Source: the human T2T-CHM13v2.0 reference genome, Homo sapiens
Assembly (NCBI RefSeq): GCF_009914755.1
Contig: NC_060943.1
Reading direction: 5' to 3' (one strand)
DNA length: 64,000 nt
The position numbers were made by a program, and so were the translations under genes. Shown piece by piece: positions 1 through 28,505 of this stretch. Position 1 is the first letter of the stretch. Each line of letters begins with the position of its first letter. The notes under the pieces are model-generated. The model was not told where the DNA came from. It searched no databases and worked only from the letters and a program-made list of their open reading frames with translations.

Positions 1-1230
<1,230 letters not shown>

Positions 1231-1679
1231 CAAGAGCCCTGACCTCTTCCTGGCAGCTCAGTACCCTGCAGCTGAGCCGATTCCCATAGGAATCCTGGAA
1301 CTTCTGCATAAGGTCAACTGGGTGACTTCAACCAAGCAGCTCCAGAGGCCTCCTCCCAGAATCTCCTCTTCCTCTGGGCAACCCTGCTGCCTACCCCAGC
1401 ACCCCAGGCAGTGCCCTTGCCTCCTGTTCCTCCTCGTCCTCTGAGCCCTGTCTTGCAGCCCTGTTGAATGTTCTCCTAAATGGCTGGGAGGTGGGGCCCC
1501 TCCCCTTCAGGTCCACAGGCTTGTCTCTGTCTCCCCTGCTGATCTTGGTATCTGTAGCTTAAGCCAATACTGAGGCCCTGAATTCCTATTCTTTCTGGTA
1601 CAGCGGGAGAGTTGTCAAGAAGCCAGGTGGAGCAGAAGACAAGACCAGGCAGGAAGCAGGTAAGTTTCCACTGGAATGA

Positions 1680-2150
<471 letters not shown>

Positions 2151-2322
2151 TAGGCCTTCCAAAATGCTGGGATTATAGGCGTGAGCCACCACTCCTGGCC
2201 TAAGGATGGAATCTTGATGAAATTGCTGTGTGGCCTGCAGCCAGTCGCTGCCCCTCTCTGGGTCATCCACGTTGCTTTCTCCAAGTCCTGACCTGGCAAT
2301 GGATTGTTCAAGGAGCTGGTCA

Positions 2323-2685
<363 letters not shown>

Positions 2686-3071
2686 TCAAAAATCTAAAAA
2701 AAGAAAAAAAAAGAATATTAGATTACAAAATTCACATTACTGTGGAAATTGCTTTTGCCCTTCCAAAACAAATCATAAAACATGTTTCCTGGTGAATACA
2801 TACAAATCTTACTAAATCTTCTTTTGAATACATATAAATCTTATTAAATCTTCTTTTAATTTATTTTTTTAAATTTGGCTTTTCTTTTTTCTTTTTAATC
2901 ACAAAATAATTTCAAGAGCCAATTTGTCCTGGAGGCCTTGTTATGAAAATCTGCAGACCCCTGCGGCTCTCATGTTTGACGAAATCAAGAAAAACATTAA
3001 CACAATCGTTGCAGAAGGGTGACCAATGCGGTTGCTTTGCGGCTGAGTATTGGTTTTATTTCAAAACACAA

Positions 3072-4169
<1,098 letters not shown>

Positions 4170-4725
4170 TAAGTTGCCCAGGCTGGTCTTGAACTCCTGG
4201 GCTGAAGCAATCCTCCTGCTTCAGCCTCCCAAAGTGCTGGGATTATAGGCATGAGCCATCACACCCAGCCCCATGCCCTGTTTTTCACTGGTGCATATTT
4301 TCTACCAGAAATGAGAGTTTTAGGTATGAATGAAGACTAGTCTGTGTGAAAACCTGTAATTGTGCTTTTGAAAAAAGATCTCCAGGTCTTCACAAAACTT
4401 TTTATTCCCTGAGGATGCCCCACTGCAAACGCCTGTGAAGCTGGAGTGCCAGACACTGAGGCCTGAGGCTGGGGGACACAGAGGCTACCAGCTTGCTTGG
4501 ACCTCCTCAATCTGTCAAAGAAACTGGCTTGGGGACCACTGGAGGACCCAAATCTCCCTCTTCTCTGGGCAGTGGGTCTTGTGCATGCTGGCCTTGGACC
4601 TACTGAAGGCCCTTCCAGCCCCAGTGCTATTCTCTGAATTCATGGGGAGCAGAGGTGTTGGGACTGAGTCCTGTTGGAGACTCCAGAAACACTGACGTTT
4701 CTTGTTTGGTCCTGGGGTTAGGTAA

Positions 4726-4938
<213 letters not shown>

Positions 4939-5120
4939 TAGTAGAGATGGGATTTCTCCATGTTGGTCAGGTTAATCTCAAACTCCTGAGCTCAGGTGAT
5001 CCACCCACCTCGGCCTCCCAAAGTGCTGGGATTACAGGTGTGAGCCACCACACCTGGCCAGCAATTTATTTTTAGTCAGTTGTGGACTATCCTGGGTGGC
5101 TCCTGCCTAGATTATTCTAA

Positions 5121-5519
<399 letters not shown>

Positions 5520-5619
5520 TGATCTTCAGTTTCCAACAATATCATAATATCATTGAGATAGTGTATTATTACACTTAAGATCTGCACCAAGTCCAAATCC
5601 CACTTCTGACACCAAAAGT

Positions 5620-8614
<2,995 letters not shown>

Positions 8615-9292
8615 TCATGTTTGATATAGGGAAAGAGGCACCAGATTGGCAGCTATCAGAACAAAGGGAAAACACACCCAAGGTGAACAAAGGCTGCAGG
8701 GAGCCCACAGATTGCAGTTTACTGGGGAGAAATGTCAAGTTCAGAAAGCAAACAGAGGCTTTGTGTCTCTGAGGGGCTTGGTTGCACGTTAACGCCCGGT
8801 TCCTGCCCCAGCCCACCCTGGCCCAGCCATCCTGCACGGAAGCACAGGCTGTTTGCTGAATTCAATCCTTGCCTAAACATTTGTTTATTTGAGACAAGAT
8901 GCCTGCGGGGGCCTCATGGCCAGGTCAGAGCTCACAGCTGGGGCAGAGGAGGAGAGGCTGCAGAAGGCTGGACCTGTAGGTTTGTCTCCAACTCTGAGAC
9001 TCCAGGCGGGGAGTCCTGGGGTCAGAGCATGGACAGGGCTCATAGTGTTGGGTCACAGACTCAAGACTCTCCAGGTTTCCTCATAAAAAGGAAGGAAACA
9101 GCCGTGCGCAGTGGCTCACGCCTGTAATCCCAGCACTTTGGGAGGCAGAGGCAGGCAGATCACTTGACGTCAGGAGTTTGAGACCAGTCTGGCCAACAAG
9201 GCAAAACCCCATCTCTACAAAAAAAAAAAAAAAAAAAAAAACACAAAAATTAGCCAGGTGTGGTGGCACGCACCTGTAATCCCAGCTACTCA

Positions 9293-9394
<102 letters not shown>

Positions 9395-9518
9395 TCAAAA
9401 AAAAAAAAAAGAGAGAGAGAGAAAATCTAATGCCTGATGATCTGTTACTGTCTCCCATCACTCCCAGATGGGACTATCTAGTTGCAGAAAATAAAGCTCA
9501 GGGCTCCCACTGATTCTA

Positions 9519-9623
<105 letters not shown>

Positions 9624-9696
9624 TCACGAGGTCAGAAGTTCGAGACTAGCCTGGCCAATATGGTGAAACCCCGTCTCCACTAAAAATACAAAAATG

Positions 9697-11599
9697 GCTC
9701 CCTCTCCCTCTCCCCACCATCTCCCTCTCCCTCTCTCCACGGTCTCCCTCTGATGCCGAGCTGAAGCTGGACGGTACTGCTGCCTGATTCTCCTGCCTCA
9801 GCCTGCCGACTGCCTGCGATTGCAGGCGCGCGCCGCCACGCCTGACTGGTTTTCGTATTTTTTTTGGTGGAGACGGGGTTTCGCTGTGTTGGCTGGGCTG
9901 GTCTCCAGCTCCTAACCGCGAGTGATCTGCCAGCCTCGGCATCCTGAAGTGCCGGGATTGCAGACAGAGTCTCGTTCACTCCGTGCTCAATGGTGCCCAG
10001 GCTGGAGTGCAGTGGCGTGATCTCGGCTCGCTACAACCTTCACCTCCCAGCAGCCTGCCTTGGCCTCCCAAAGTGCCGAGATTGCAGCCTCTGCCCGGCC
10101 GCCACCCCGTCTGGGAAGTGAGGAGCGTCTCTGCCCGGCCGCCCATCGTCTGGGATGTGAGAAGCCCCTCTGCCTGGCTACCCAGTCTGGAAAGTGAGGA
10201 GCGTCTCTGCCCAGCCGCCATCCCATCTAGGAAGTGAGGAGCGCCTCTTCCCGGCCGCCATCCCATATGGGAAGTGAGGAGCGTCTCTGCCCGGCCCCCC
10301 ATCGTCTGAGATGTGGGGAGCACCTCTGCCCTGCCGCCCCGTCCGGGATGTGAGGAGCGTCTCTGCCCGGCCGCCCCATCTGAGAAGTGGGGAGACCCTC
10401 TGCCTGGCAACCGCCCCGTCTGAGAAGTGAGGAGCCCCTCCGCCCGGCAACCGCCCCGTCTGAGAAGTGAGAAGCCCCTCCGCCCAGCAGCCACCCCGTC
10501 TGGGAAGTGAGGAGCATCTCCGCCCGGCAGCCACCTCGTCCGGCAGGGAGGTGGGGGGGTCAGCCCCCCGCCCGGCCAGCCGCCCCGTCCGGGAGGGAGG
10601 TGGGGGGGGTCAGCCCCCCACCTGGCCAGCCGCCCCGTCCGGGAGGTGAGGGGCGCCTCTGCCCGGCCGCCCCTACTGGGAAGTGAGGAGCCCCTCTGCC
10701 CAGCCAGCCGCCCCGTCCAGGAGGGAGGTGGGGGGTCAGCCCCCCGCCCGGCCAGCCGCTCCGTCCGGGAGGGAGGTGGGGGGGTCAGCCCCCCACCCGG
10801 CTAGCCGCCCCGTCTGGGAAGTGAGGGGCGCCTCTGCCCGGCCGCCCCTACTGGGAAGTGAGGAGCCCCTCTGCCCGGCCAGCCGCCCCGTCCGGGAGGG
10901 AGGTGGGGGGGTCAGCCCCCCGCCCGGCCAGCTGCCCCATCTGGGAGGGAGATGGGGGGTCAGCCCCCGTCCCGGCCAGCCGCCCCGTTCGGGAGGTGAG
11001 GGGCGCCTCTGCCCGGCCGCCCCTACTGGGAAGTGAGGAGCCCCTCTGCCCGGCCACCACCCGGTCTGGGAGGTGTACCCAACAGCTCATTGAGAACGGG
11101 CCATGATGACAATGGCGGTTTTGTGGAATAGAAAAGGGGGGAAAGGTGGGGAAAAGATTGAGAAATCGGATGGTTGCCGTGTCTGTGTAGAAAGAGGTAG
11201 ACATGGGAGACTTTTCATTTTGTTCTGTACTAAGAAAAATTCTTCTGCCTTGGGATCCTGTTGATCTGTGACCTTACCCCCAACCCTGTGCTATCTGAAA
11301 CACGTGCTGTATCCACTCAGGGTTGAATGGATTAAGGGCGGTGCAAGATGTGCTTTGTTAAACAGATGCTTGAAGGCAGCATGCTCGTTAAGAGTCATCA
11401 CCACTCCCTAATCTCAAGTACCCAGGAACGCAAACACTGCGGAAGGCCACAGGGTCCTCTGCCTAGGAAAACCAGAGACCTTTGTTCACTTGTTTATCTG
11501 CTGACCTTCCCTCCACTATTGTCCTGTGACTCTGCCAAATCCCCTTCTGTGAGAAACACCCAAGAATGATCAATTAAAAAATAAAAAAAAATAAAAAAT
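9697..11599 (+). mobile_element. Full-length SVA retrotransposon, most similar to SVA_D
   Basis: CCCTCT hexamer head (9698-9750), antisense Alu-like domain, GC-rich VNTR (~10085-11070), SINE-R (~11071-11575), ATTAAA 11573-11578 and A-tail; 14-bp TSD AAAATACAAAAATG at 9683-9696 and 11600-11613. Subfamily from recalled diagnostics only. Confidence 0.97.
10085..11070 (+). repeat. SVA VNTR (about 37-50 bp GC-rich units)
   Basis: Repeated GCCCCGTCCGGGAGG / GGGAAGTGAGGAGCCCCTCTGCCCGGCC units. Confidence 0.95.
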
Positions 11600-12023
11600 A
11601 AAATACAAAAATGAGCTGGGCAGGGTGGCGGGCGCCTATAATCCTGGCTACTTGGGAGGCTGAGGCAGGAGAATCGCTTGAACCTGGGAGGCAGAGGTTG
11701 CAGTGAACCAAGATCGCAAATTTCCCTCCAGCCTGGTCAACAAGAGCGAAACTCTGTCTCGAAAAAACATATATATAATAATACTAAAGTGCACAGTAAA
11801 TGTAATCTGCTTGAAACATTCTGAAACCATTCCCCTCCCTGCCTCCTGAGTAGCTGGGACTACAGGCACATGCAGCACACCCAGCTCATTTAAAAAAAAA
11901 ATGATTTTTTTTTTTTTTTGGTAGAGATGGGGCTTTACTATGTTGTCCATGCTAGTCTTGAACTCCTAGCCTCAAGGGATCCTCCTGCCTTGGCCTCAGA
12001 AAGCACTGGATTCCAGGCCATAA

Positions 12024-12749
<726 letters not shown>

Positions 12750-13084
12750 TAGGTTCTGCCATCTCTAGTGTGTTCCCTTTTTCCTCATGCTTGTTGCCTC
12801 TTGTTGCAGAATGGCTGCTGCAGCTCCAGACATCACATTCAAGGCAGAAACAAGAGGGTAAGGGGGAAAGCCAGCTGCATTTCCCTTTGATCAGATAAAG
12901 GCATAAAAATATTTCCTAGAAATTCCCATGGCATCCTTCCTCTTAGGGCTCATTGGTCAGAACTGGGTCCTGGGCCACCTCTACCTGCAGAGGCAGCTGG
13001 GAAACTGGAGAATAGAAAGCCATTGTCTTTTAAATCTAATTTCAGAAGTGATGGCTCCTTGCTTCTATTGCATAATATTGATTA

Positions 13085-13273
<189 letters not shown>

Positions 13274-13807
13274 TCACTCGGGAGGCTGAGGCAGGAGAAT
13301 TGTTTGAACCCAGGAGGCAGAGGTTATAGTGAGCCAAGATCACCACTGCACTCCAGCCTGGGTGACAGAGTGAGACCCTGTCTCAAAAAAAAAAAAAAAA
13401 AAGGCAATCAGCTCGCATTCGAAGAGAGGGAATTCGAGAAAAGTCAGAATGCCAGGAGGTGGGGATCACTGCAAACCATCTTAAAGGCTTCCCCCATGGC
13501 CAAATGCACTGGCTCATGCCTGTAATCCTAGTGCTTTGGGAGTCTGAGGCAGGAGGATCGCTTGAGTTCAGGAGTTCAAGACCAGCCTGGGCAACGCAGA
13601 GTGACCCCATCCCTACCTCAAAAAAAAAAGAAAAAAAAGAAACATTTAGCTGGGCATTGTGGCCCATGCCTTTGGTCCCAGCTACTCGGGAGGCTAAGGC
13701 AGGAGGACTGCCTGAGCTCAGGAGTTTGAGGCTACGGTGAGCTGTGACAGTGCCAATGCACTCCAGCCTGGGCAACAAAGCAAGACTCTGTCTCAATAAA
13801 CAAATAA

Positions 13808-14207
<400 letters not shown>

Positions 14208-14544
14208 TGATCTGCCCACCTCGGCCTCCCAAAGTGCTGGGATTACAGGTATGAGCCACTGTGCCCGGCCAGGGAAGGGATTTTCTAAGGTCAGTTAAAC
14301 AGTTCCTGCAGCTGCTGAGGCGTCCCTAAGAACACATTGACTATTATCACAACAAGGATAATCCCAATATTTGTTTCCAGTCTTGATGGGCTGGGCTTAC
14401 TGATAGGGTTGTAATGATTTCAGCAGAAGCAGTTTGTGGACATAAGATTAAGATCCAATTTTGAAGGATGAAGGTTGAGATTAAGTATGTGAAGAAAATG
14501 TACATTCTAGGAGGGGCCTAAAGAAGGAAATCTATGACAGGAGG

Positions 14545-15110
<566 letters not shown>

Positions 15111-15176
15111 CATGTTCCAAATTCCCTCGTCTTTGTTTTTTGGTTTTTTATTTATTTATTATTTATTTATTTATGA

Positions 15177-15359
<183 letters not shown>

Positions 15360-15465
15360 TGACCAGGTTGGTCTCGAACTCCTGACCTCAGGGTGCCTCT
15401 GCCTCTCAAAGTGCTGGGATTACAGGCACGAGCCACTGTGCCCGGCCTGATTTTTTATTTTTTAG

Positions 15466-15873
<408 letters not shown>

Positions 15874-16183
15874 TAAAGTGCTGGGATTACAGGCGTGAGC
15901 CACAGTGCCCAGCCCCACACTTGGCTAATTTTTTAAATTTTTGTGTAGATGGGGTCTTGCCATGTTGCCCAGGCTGGCTTTATTTATTTTAAGCCCTTCT
16001 TTTTTGCCCAATTCATTTAACACTTTATTTATTATTTTTGAAATTATTCTTTCTATTTTTATTCATTTTTTTAGGAGACAGTGTCTCACTCTGTCACTCA
16101 GGCTGGAGTGCATTGGCATGATCAATGTTCACTGCAGCCTCAACCTTCTGGGCTCAAGTGATCCTCCTGCCTCAGCCTCCTGA

Positions 16184-16420
<237 letters not shown>

Positions 16421-16644
16421 TAGCCAGGATGGTCTCGATCTCCTGACCTGTTGACCCGCCCGCCTTGGCTTCCCAAAGTGCTGGGATTACAGGCGTGAGC
16501 CACCGCGCCCAGCCCTGGCTAATTTTTAAAACTTTTTTTAGATAGAGACATGGTCTCTCTATGTTGCCCAGGCTGGTCTTGAACTCCAGAGATCAAGTGA
16601 TCCTCTGGCTTTAGCCTCTCAAAGTGCTGGGATTACAGGCATGA

Positions 16645-17291
<647 letters not shown>

Positions 17292-17409
17292 TAGATGGGG
17301 TTTCACCAGGTTACCAGGCTGGTCTCAAACCCCTGACCTCAGGTGATCCACCCGCCTCGGCCTCCCAAAGTGCTGGGATTACAGGCGTGAGCCACCATGC
17401 CCGGCCTAC

Positions 17410-17660
17410 CCTGGACATTTTTATAAATGGAATCAGACACTCTATGGGCTTTTGTGCCTGGCTTCTTTCACTCAGCCTCGTGTTTTCAGGGTTCATCCGT
17501 GCTGTGGGATGGATCAGTGCTTCATTCCTTTTTATGGCTGCATAGTATTCCATTTCGTGGATTGACCACAGTCTGTTGATCCATGCATCCTTTAAGGGAA
17601 CAGCTGAATTGTTTCCACCTTTTGGCGATAGTGAACAATACTGCTATAAACGTGTGTGTC
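17410..17660 (-). mobile_element. L1MB-type 3' end fragment
   Basis: ATAAATGGAATC...TGGCTTCTTTCACTCAGC...TTCATTCCTTTTTATGGCTGCATAGTATTCCAT. Confidence 0.8.
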
Positions 17661-17680
17661 TTTTAGTCCTTTTTGAATAG

Positions 17681-18002
<322 letters not shown>

Positions 18003-19051
18003 TAAAGTGGACACTCCTATTCTGGACATAGAATGACAATGATTTTTCTGCACATAGAATGACAATGATTTTTCCACACATAGAATAACAGTGATTTTCC
18101 TTTTCTTTCTCTCTCTTTTTTTTAAATTGGAGACAGGGTCTCACTTTTGTCACCTAGGCTGGAGTGGTGTGACTGTATCTCACTGCAGTCACTCCTTTGG
18201 CCAGGGGATGGGGAGGTTTGGCCATGTCTGTGGTTTGGACAATGCTCTTATTTTCATCTGTGGTAAGACTCAATTACGGAAGGGTTTTGATTTTTGTCTG
18301 GTTTCATCCTGGACAGAGTGGCCCTGTTTGATGTGGTCATTCTGTGAAATCGTATATGTTCAACCAAAGAACTCCTCGGCTTCACTGTGACTACCAGGTC
18401 AACTCCCAGTTGACCAGAGCCTGGGGCCAATTTTTTCTTCTTTACTTTACATTCACCTTCTCGCCTTTGCATATGCTGTTCCTGCTGCTCAGAATGCCTT
18501 TCCCTCCCTGTCTTCACTCAGCTCTTTCCTTCTCAATTTTCAGAGTGCTCTTAAATGCCACCTCCTCTGAGAAGCCCTCTGTGATCACCCAGGCTGTGGG
18601 CCTCTATAACCCATTTCAGCACCAGACACATCTTTTGGTCACAGTAAGGATTTTTTTTTTTTTGAGCGAGGGTCTCACTCTGTTGCTCAAGCTGGAGTGC
18701 ATGCAGGCAGTGCAATGGTGGCTCACTGCAGTCTCCAACTCCTGGGCTCAAGTAATCCTCTTGAGTAGCTGGGAAGACGAGCTTGCCACCACGCCAGCTG
18801 ATTTTTTTTTATTTTTGTAGAGACAGGGGTCTCTCTATCTTGTCCAGGCAGGTCTCAAAACTCCTGGCCTCAAGTGATCTTCCCACTTTGGTCTCCCAAA
18901 GTGCTAGGATTACAGGCGTGAGCCACTGTGGCTGGCCTGTCATCTTTCAAGTTTCCCAAGTGAGGAGAAAAGGGATGGAGAAGGCCAAAAAAAAAAATAA
19001 GTTAGAAGAACAGTTCTTCCTATAGGTCTCAATATGTTGCCATGTTCCTAT

Positions 19052-19240
19052 TGAAAGAAAGAAAGAGAAAGAGAGAAAGAAAAGGAAGGAAGGAGAGAGA
19101 GAGAGATCAGAAAGAAAAGAAAGGGAAAGGAAGGAAAGATGGAAGACAGGAAGGAAAGAGAAAGAAAGAAAAGAAAGAAAAGAAAAGAAAAGAAAAAGGG
19201 AAAGGAAGGAAGAAAAAAGAAAGAAAAAGAACGGAGATAA
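19052..19240 (+). repeat. GA-rich low-complexity tract
   Basis: GAAA/GGAA/GA blocks over about 190 nt. Confidence 0.95.
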
Positions 19241-19430
19241 AGGGGGCTCTAGACAAACATAAAAATTGGATCTTCAAAAGATAATTAATTGGCCAGGTGC
19301 GGTGGCTCACGCCTGTAATCCCAGCACTTTGGGAGGCCAAGGCGGGCGGAGCACCTGAGGTCAGAAGTTCGAGACTAGCCTGGCCAACATGGCAAAAACC
19401 CGTCTCTACTAAAAATACAAAAATTAGTCA

Positions 19431-20068
<638 letters not shown>

Positions 20069-20226
20069 TGAAAAGTTGCCCAAAGGACAGTGGTCCAAGG
20101 AGATCTTTGGAATACTTTGGCCATCAACACTGACTCAAGGGTGACTTACTGAGTCTAGGCCCGTCCTCTCTTTATCGACGTTTCCCCCGATGGACCCACA
20201 GTGCAATCCCAGCACTTTGGGAGGTC

Positions 20227-20856
<630 letters not shown>

Positions 20857-20892
20857 TTAGACTTGAAGCCTCCAGGACTATGAGAGAATTGA

Positions 20893-21225
<333 letters not shown>

Positions 21226-21487
21226 TAGTTTGTGGTCATTTGCTACTGTAGCCACCAGAAACTCATACAGCCCTGTACAAGAGACAGTCCACAGGAGGAG
21301 GTGTCGAGAGAGAAAACAATTTCACCAAGGAACAGAGTGGCTGATCAGAAAACCAAAAAGCCGTGGAGAAACTCATTCCTAGAATAGTAAACGAAATTAA
21401 CCCTACACAGAAGGGCCCTAATGAGATCATAACTGAAGCTCCAGTCAGCATTAACTTACCTTCCAGCCACAGGCAGAATCACCTTAA

Positions 21488-21757
<270 letters not shown>

Positions 21758-21909
21758 TGATCTGCCTTCCTTGGCCTCCCCAAGTGCTGGGATTACAGGC
21801 GTGAGCCACCGTGCCTGACCTCAGATGGGTGCACTTTTGCTGAGTCCAGGGTACTGATTGGTGGCAGGGAAGGTCTCAGCCCAGTCTCAGTAGGACATCC
21901 AGTCCTGTT

Positions 21910-23239
<1,330 letters not shown>

Positions 23240-23331
23240 TGAAGTGCTGGGATTACAGCTATAAGCCACCACGCCTGGCCTTTATTATTATTATTTATTT
23301 ATTTATTTTGAGATGGAGTTGCACTCTGTAG

Positions 23332-23766
<435 letters not shown>

Positions 23767-24699
23767 TAATGTTGCCCAGGCTGCTTTCAAACACCTGGCC
23801 TCAAGCGATCCTCCCACCTTAGCCTTCCAAAGGGTTGGGATCACAGGCATGAGCCACTGCGACCAGCCAGGATAATAATCTTTCATGTGATTTTCCGACT
23901 TTAAGCCCCCTGCACCCAGAGACCTTTCTGTCTCATGCCTGAAGGGAAGGAACTGGCCACGGAAAAACCTGGGAAATTCCTGGGGGAACTCCCTGAGGCA
24001 AGACTGCGCCTGGCAATTTGTAAGAAGGGGGCTGGTGCGACCTGAGCAGAGAGCTAATGGGAGGGTGAAGGAAGCCAAGGGAGATGGGGTGGGAGGTGGG
24101 AGGAGTCTTGCGGGACAATGGGAACCCAGGGGAGGCGTTAGAGCAGGGGAGGTGCATCGCGCACTGGGATTTAGGTCCCAGCAAGGTCGCTGGGGGGATG
24201 CCTTTTAGGGAATGGACTCTGTGGTCAACTACTCCTACCTGAACTGCCCCCAAAGCATTTGCTTTTCCCTCTCCACAGTCAGGACCAGTGTAACCTTAGA
24301 CCCCTAATACTGCCATTTTTACTGTTGAGAACACCGAGAAGTAGTAAATGCAGAAAATCTAAAGTATAGTGCCTAAGACAAATTGGCGCCTCAAACCTAA
24401 TTTCTAAATAAAATTAATAAATAATATTGCAGAAGTGGGGAGCAGGTCAGCAATCCAGGAAGAGGCACTGGCAGGAGCAAGAGACGGAATTTGAGCCTAC
24501 TCGCGGTTATGAGCCTACTCGCGGTTACATTTTGGCCAAACTCAATTCCTGGTCTCTCTGAGCCTCGGTTTCCCTACCTGGACTGCGCGGTGTGTGTTAA
24601 TTTCTCTGCCCCATTTATCTCCCCTCTCCTAGCCCCGCCCCAGCGTCACCAGTGGGACGCAGAGACTCAGGACTAGGAAAGCACTTTTAAAGCGTTAAG

Positions 24700-25450
24700 G
24701 GATTGCGAAGAGTTACGGAGAGGCTTCCTCAGGGCTATACTGGGTCCACCTCCCCTCATGGACCGCGGGCGCGCTCTGGCGGCCGGGCCGCTCCAGGCTG
24801 AAGCCGCCGGACCACGTGTGTAGTCGCAGCTGCCATCTTTCATCCGGGCATCGGCCATCTTGGTAAAGGCAATGTTCTAGATTTTCGCCTCTGCCCGCCC
24901 CTCCTGGTTCATCAACATATTAAATGAGCGTAGGGAATGAGGGCGTATTAAGTGTCCTCTTTTTGAAGAGACAAAGAAGTGGCTGACTACCCTGGCTTGG
25001 GTCCGAGGCCCAGCCATCTTTTTCTTTACCAAAATGGCGGCGGTACTGAGGCGCAATGAGTGCGCGCCGCCAGGAGCTCAGCGCGCAGGCCCCATGATGA
25101 CGTCACGGAGGCGCGACCGGGCCGGCGCTGGGGTAAGAAGGTAGGAGCGTCTGCGGCGCGGGCGGAACCCGGGTTCGGGGAGCAGAGGCGCGGGGCGGGG
25201 GCTGCTTGGCCTGGGACCATCCCCTGGGAAGGCTGGAGGAGGGGTGCTGGGAGGCAGGAGCACTTCTGGCGTCCAGTCTGAACCGCACCTAGTTGGGGGC
25301 GATGCCCATTTCCAGACTAGACGATTGAAGCCCGACGCGACAGCATGTTCGAGGCCACCTGGCCCCGGACTGCCCCTAGGCAGCTTCTGGTCTCGAGAGG
25401 GACAGAGTTGGGCGCGGACTCCCCCGGCCTCTTGTAGGGGGATTAGTGGT
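24700..25450. promoter_or_regulatory. CpG island promoter of CCDC124
   Basis: CpG-dense and TATA-less; YY1 consensus CAAAATGGCGGC 25030-25041 plus GCCATCTT at 24832, 24854, 25013; full CRE TGACGTCA 25098-25105; E-box CACGTG 24813-24818; GC boxes. Confidence 0.9.
25090..25132 (+). other. CCDC124: CCDC124 non-coding exon 1 (5' start approximate)
   Basis: Within CpG island; strong donor GG|GTAAGA at 25133, second possible donor AAG|GTAGGA at 25141. TSS cannot be fixed from sequence. Confidence 0.75.
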
Positions 25451-26314
25451 GGGGGACTTCAAAAGGGATAGCCGGGAGGGCTGCTTAGAGGAGGCATTGT
25501 TGAATTTTGTATTCTGTTATTTTACCTTCACATCCGTGGGGTCTCAATCCCCATGGGTCTTGATTCGCTTCTAAGTGTGCCCCTCGCCCAGCCTGAGCCA
25601 CTCCCTGGGTACCGCCTGGGCTCCCAGCTCCTGCCATCTGGGGAGTCCACCTCCTCACTAACCCCAGAGGGCTTGTGTGACCCATAGATTGGGCTTCCCG
25701 GCTCTAACGCCCTCCACACCTTCCCATCTCCCTGGAATACAAATCGCCCCCTTTTCCAGCCTACCTCCTGCATCCCGCGTGCAGGCTGCGCTCTCCCCCA
25801 CTCATTCAGACTTTTCCTTAGATGTCTCCTTTAGGAAGCCCTTTGACCCAGGCTGGGTCAGAAGCCCTCTCCGGGCTTCCCCAGCGCCCTGCGTGTCCTT
25901 ATTAGGACTCTGATTGCATGTGTTGGCTCTTCTCTGGGAGTCCCATGCAGGCAGAAAGCTCATTTGTGCCACCTCTTTCCCCAGCATCGCACACGTATTA
26001 GGTGCCCAGTACATATTTATTGAATGACGTGTGCAAGTGAGTGAGTGTTTACTACACAGAGAAAAGTGTCTGTATTTCCAGCTTGGGCTGTCATAACTAA
26101 TACCACAGACTGGGTGGCTTAAACAGCAGAAATTGCCAGGCACTGTGGCTCACACCTGTAATCCAGGCACTTTGAGAGGCCGAGGCAAGCGGATCACTTG
26201 AGGTCAAGAGTTTGAGACCAGCCTGGCCAACATAGTGAAACCCCGTCTCTACTAAAAATACAAAAATCAGATAGGCATGGTGGCACATGCCAACATGGTG
26301 AAACCCCATCTCTA

Positions 26315-27790
<1,476 letters not shown>

Positions 27791-27902
27791 TGAGTAGCTG
27801 GGATTAAAGGTGTCCGCCACCACACCCAGCAATTTTTATTTATTTTTAGTTGACACGGGGTTTCACCATGTTGACTAGACTGGTTTTGAACTCCTGACCT
27901 CA

Positions 27903-28113
<211 letters not shown>

Positions 28114-28505
28114 TGACTGGCTGGGAATACGGGTGCACACCACCATGCCCAGCTAATTTTTGTATTTTTAGTGGAGATGGGGTTTTGCCGTGTTGGCCAG
28201 GCTAGTCTCGAACTTCTGACCGCAAGTGATCCGCCCGCCTCGGCCTCCCAAAGTGCTGGGATTACGGGTGTGAGCCACCAGACCTGGCCTAAATGAGCTC
28301 ATTTGGTGTCATGATGTGAATTTTGCCTTAATAAACTTTTACAAGGAGAGCGCTAAGTCCAAAGCCCTTGTTTTATACAGAGAAGGCCACAGAGGCCCCA
28401 AGAGGGTCATGGCTGCCCAAGTGTGATTCTGGGGGTGCTGAGTGCCGATGTCCCCTCCGGCCCCTGCTCCCCCATCCCCATCCTCTTCCCGCAGCCTGCT
28501 GAGGG

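Noticed and set aside
9646-11569. Repetitive ORFs (LLTSQTG, PAAPSGREVGG)
   Set aside because: Translations of the SVA VNTR and SINE-R.
19042-19340. K/E/R-rich and F/S/L-rich ORFs (also 49027-49851)
   Set aside because: Translations of GA-rich simple repeats.
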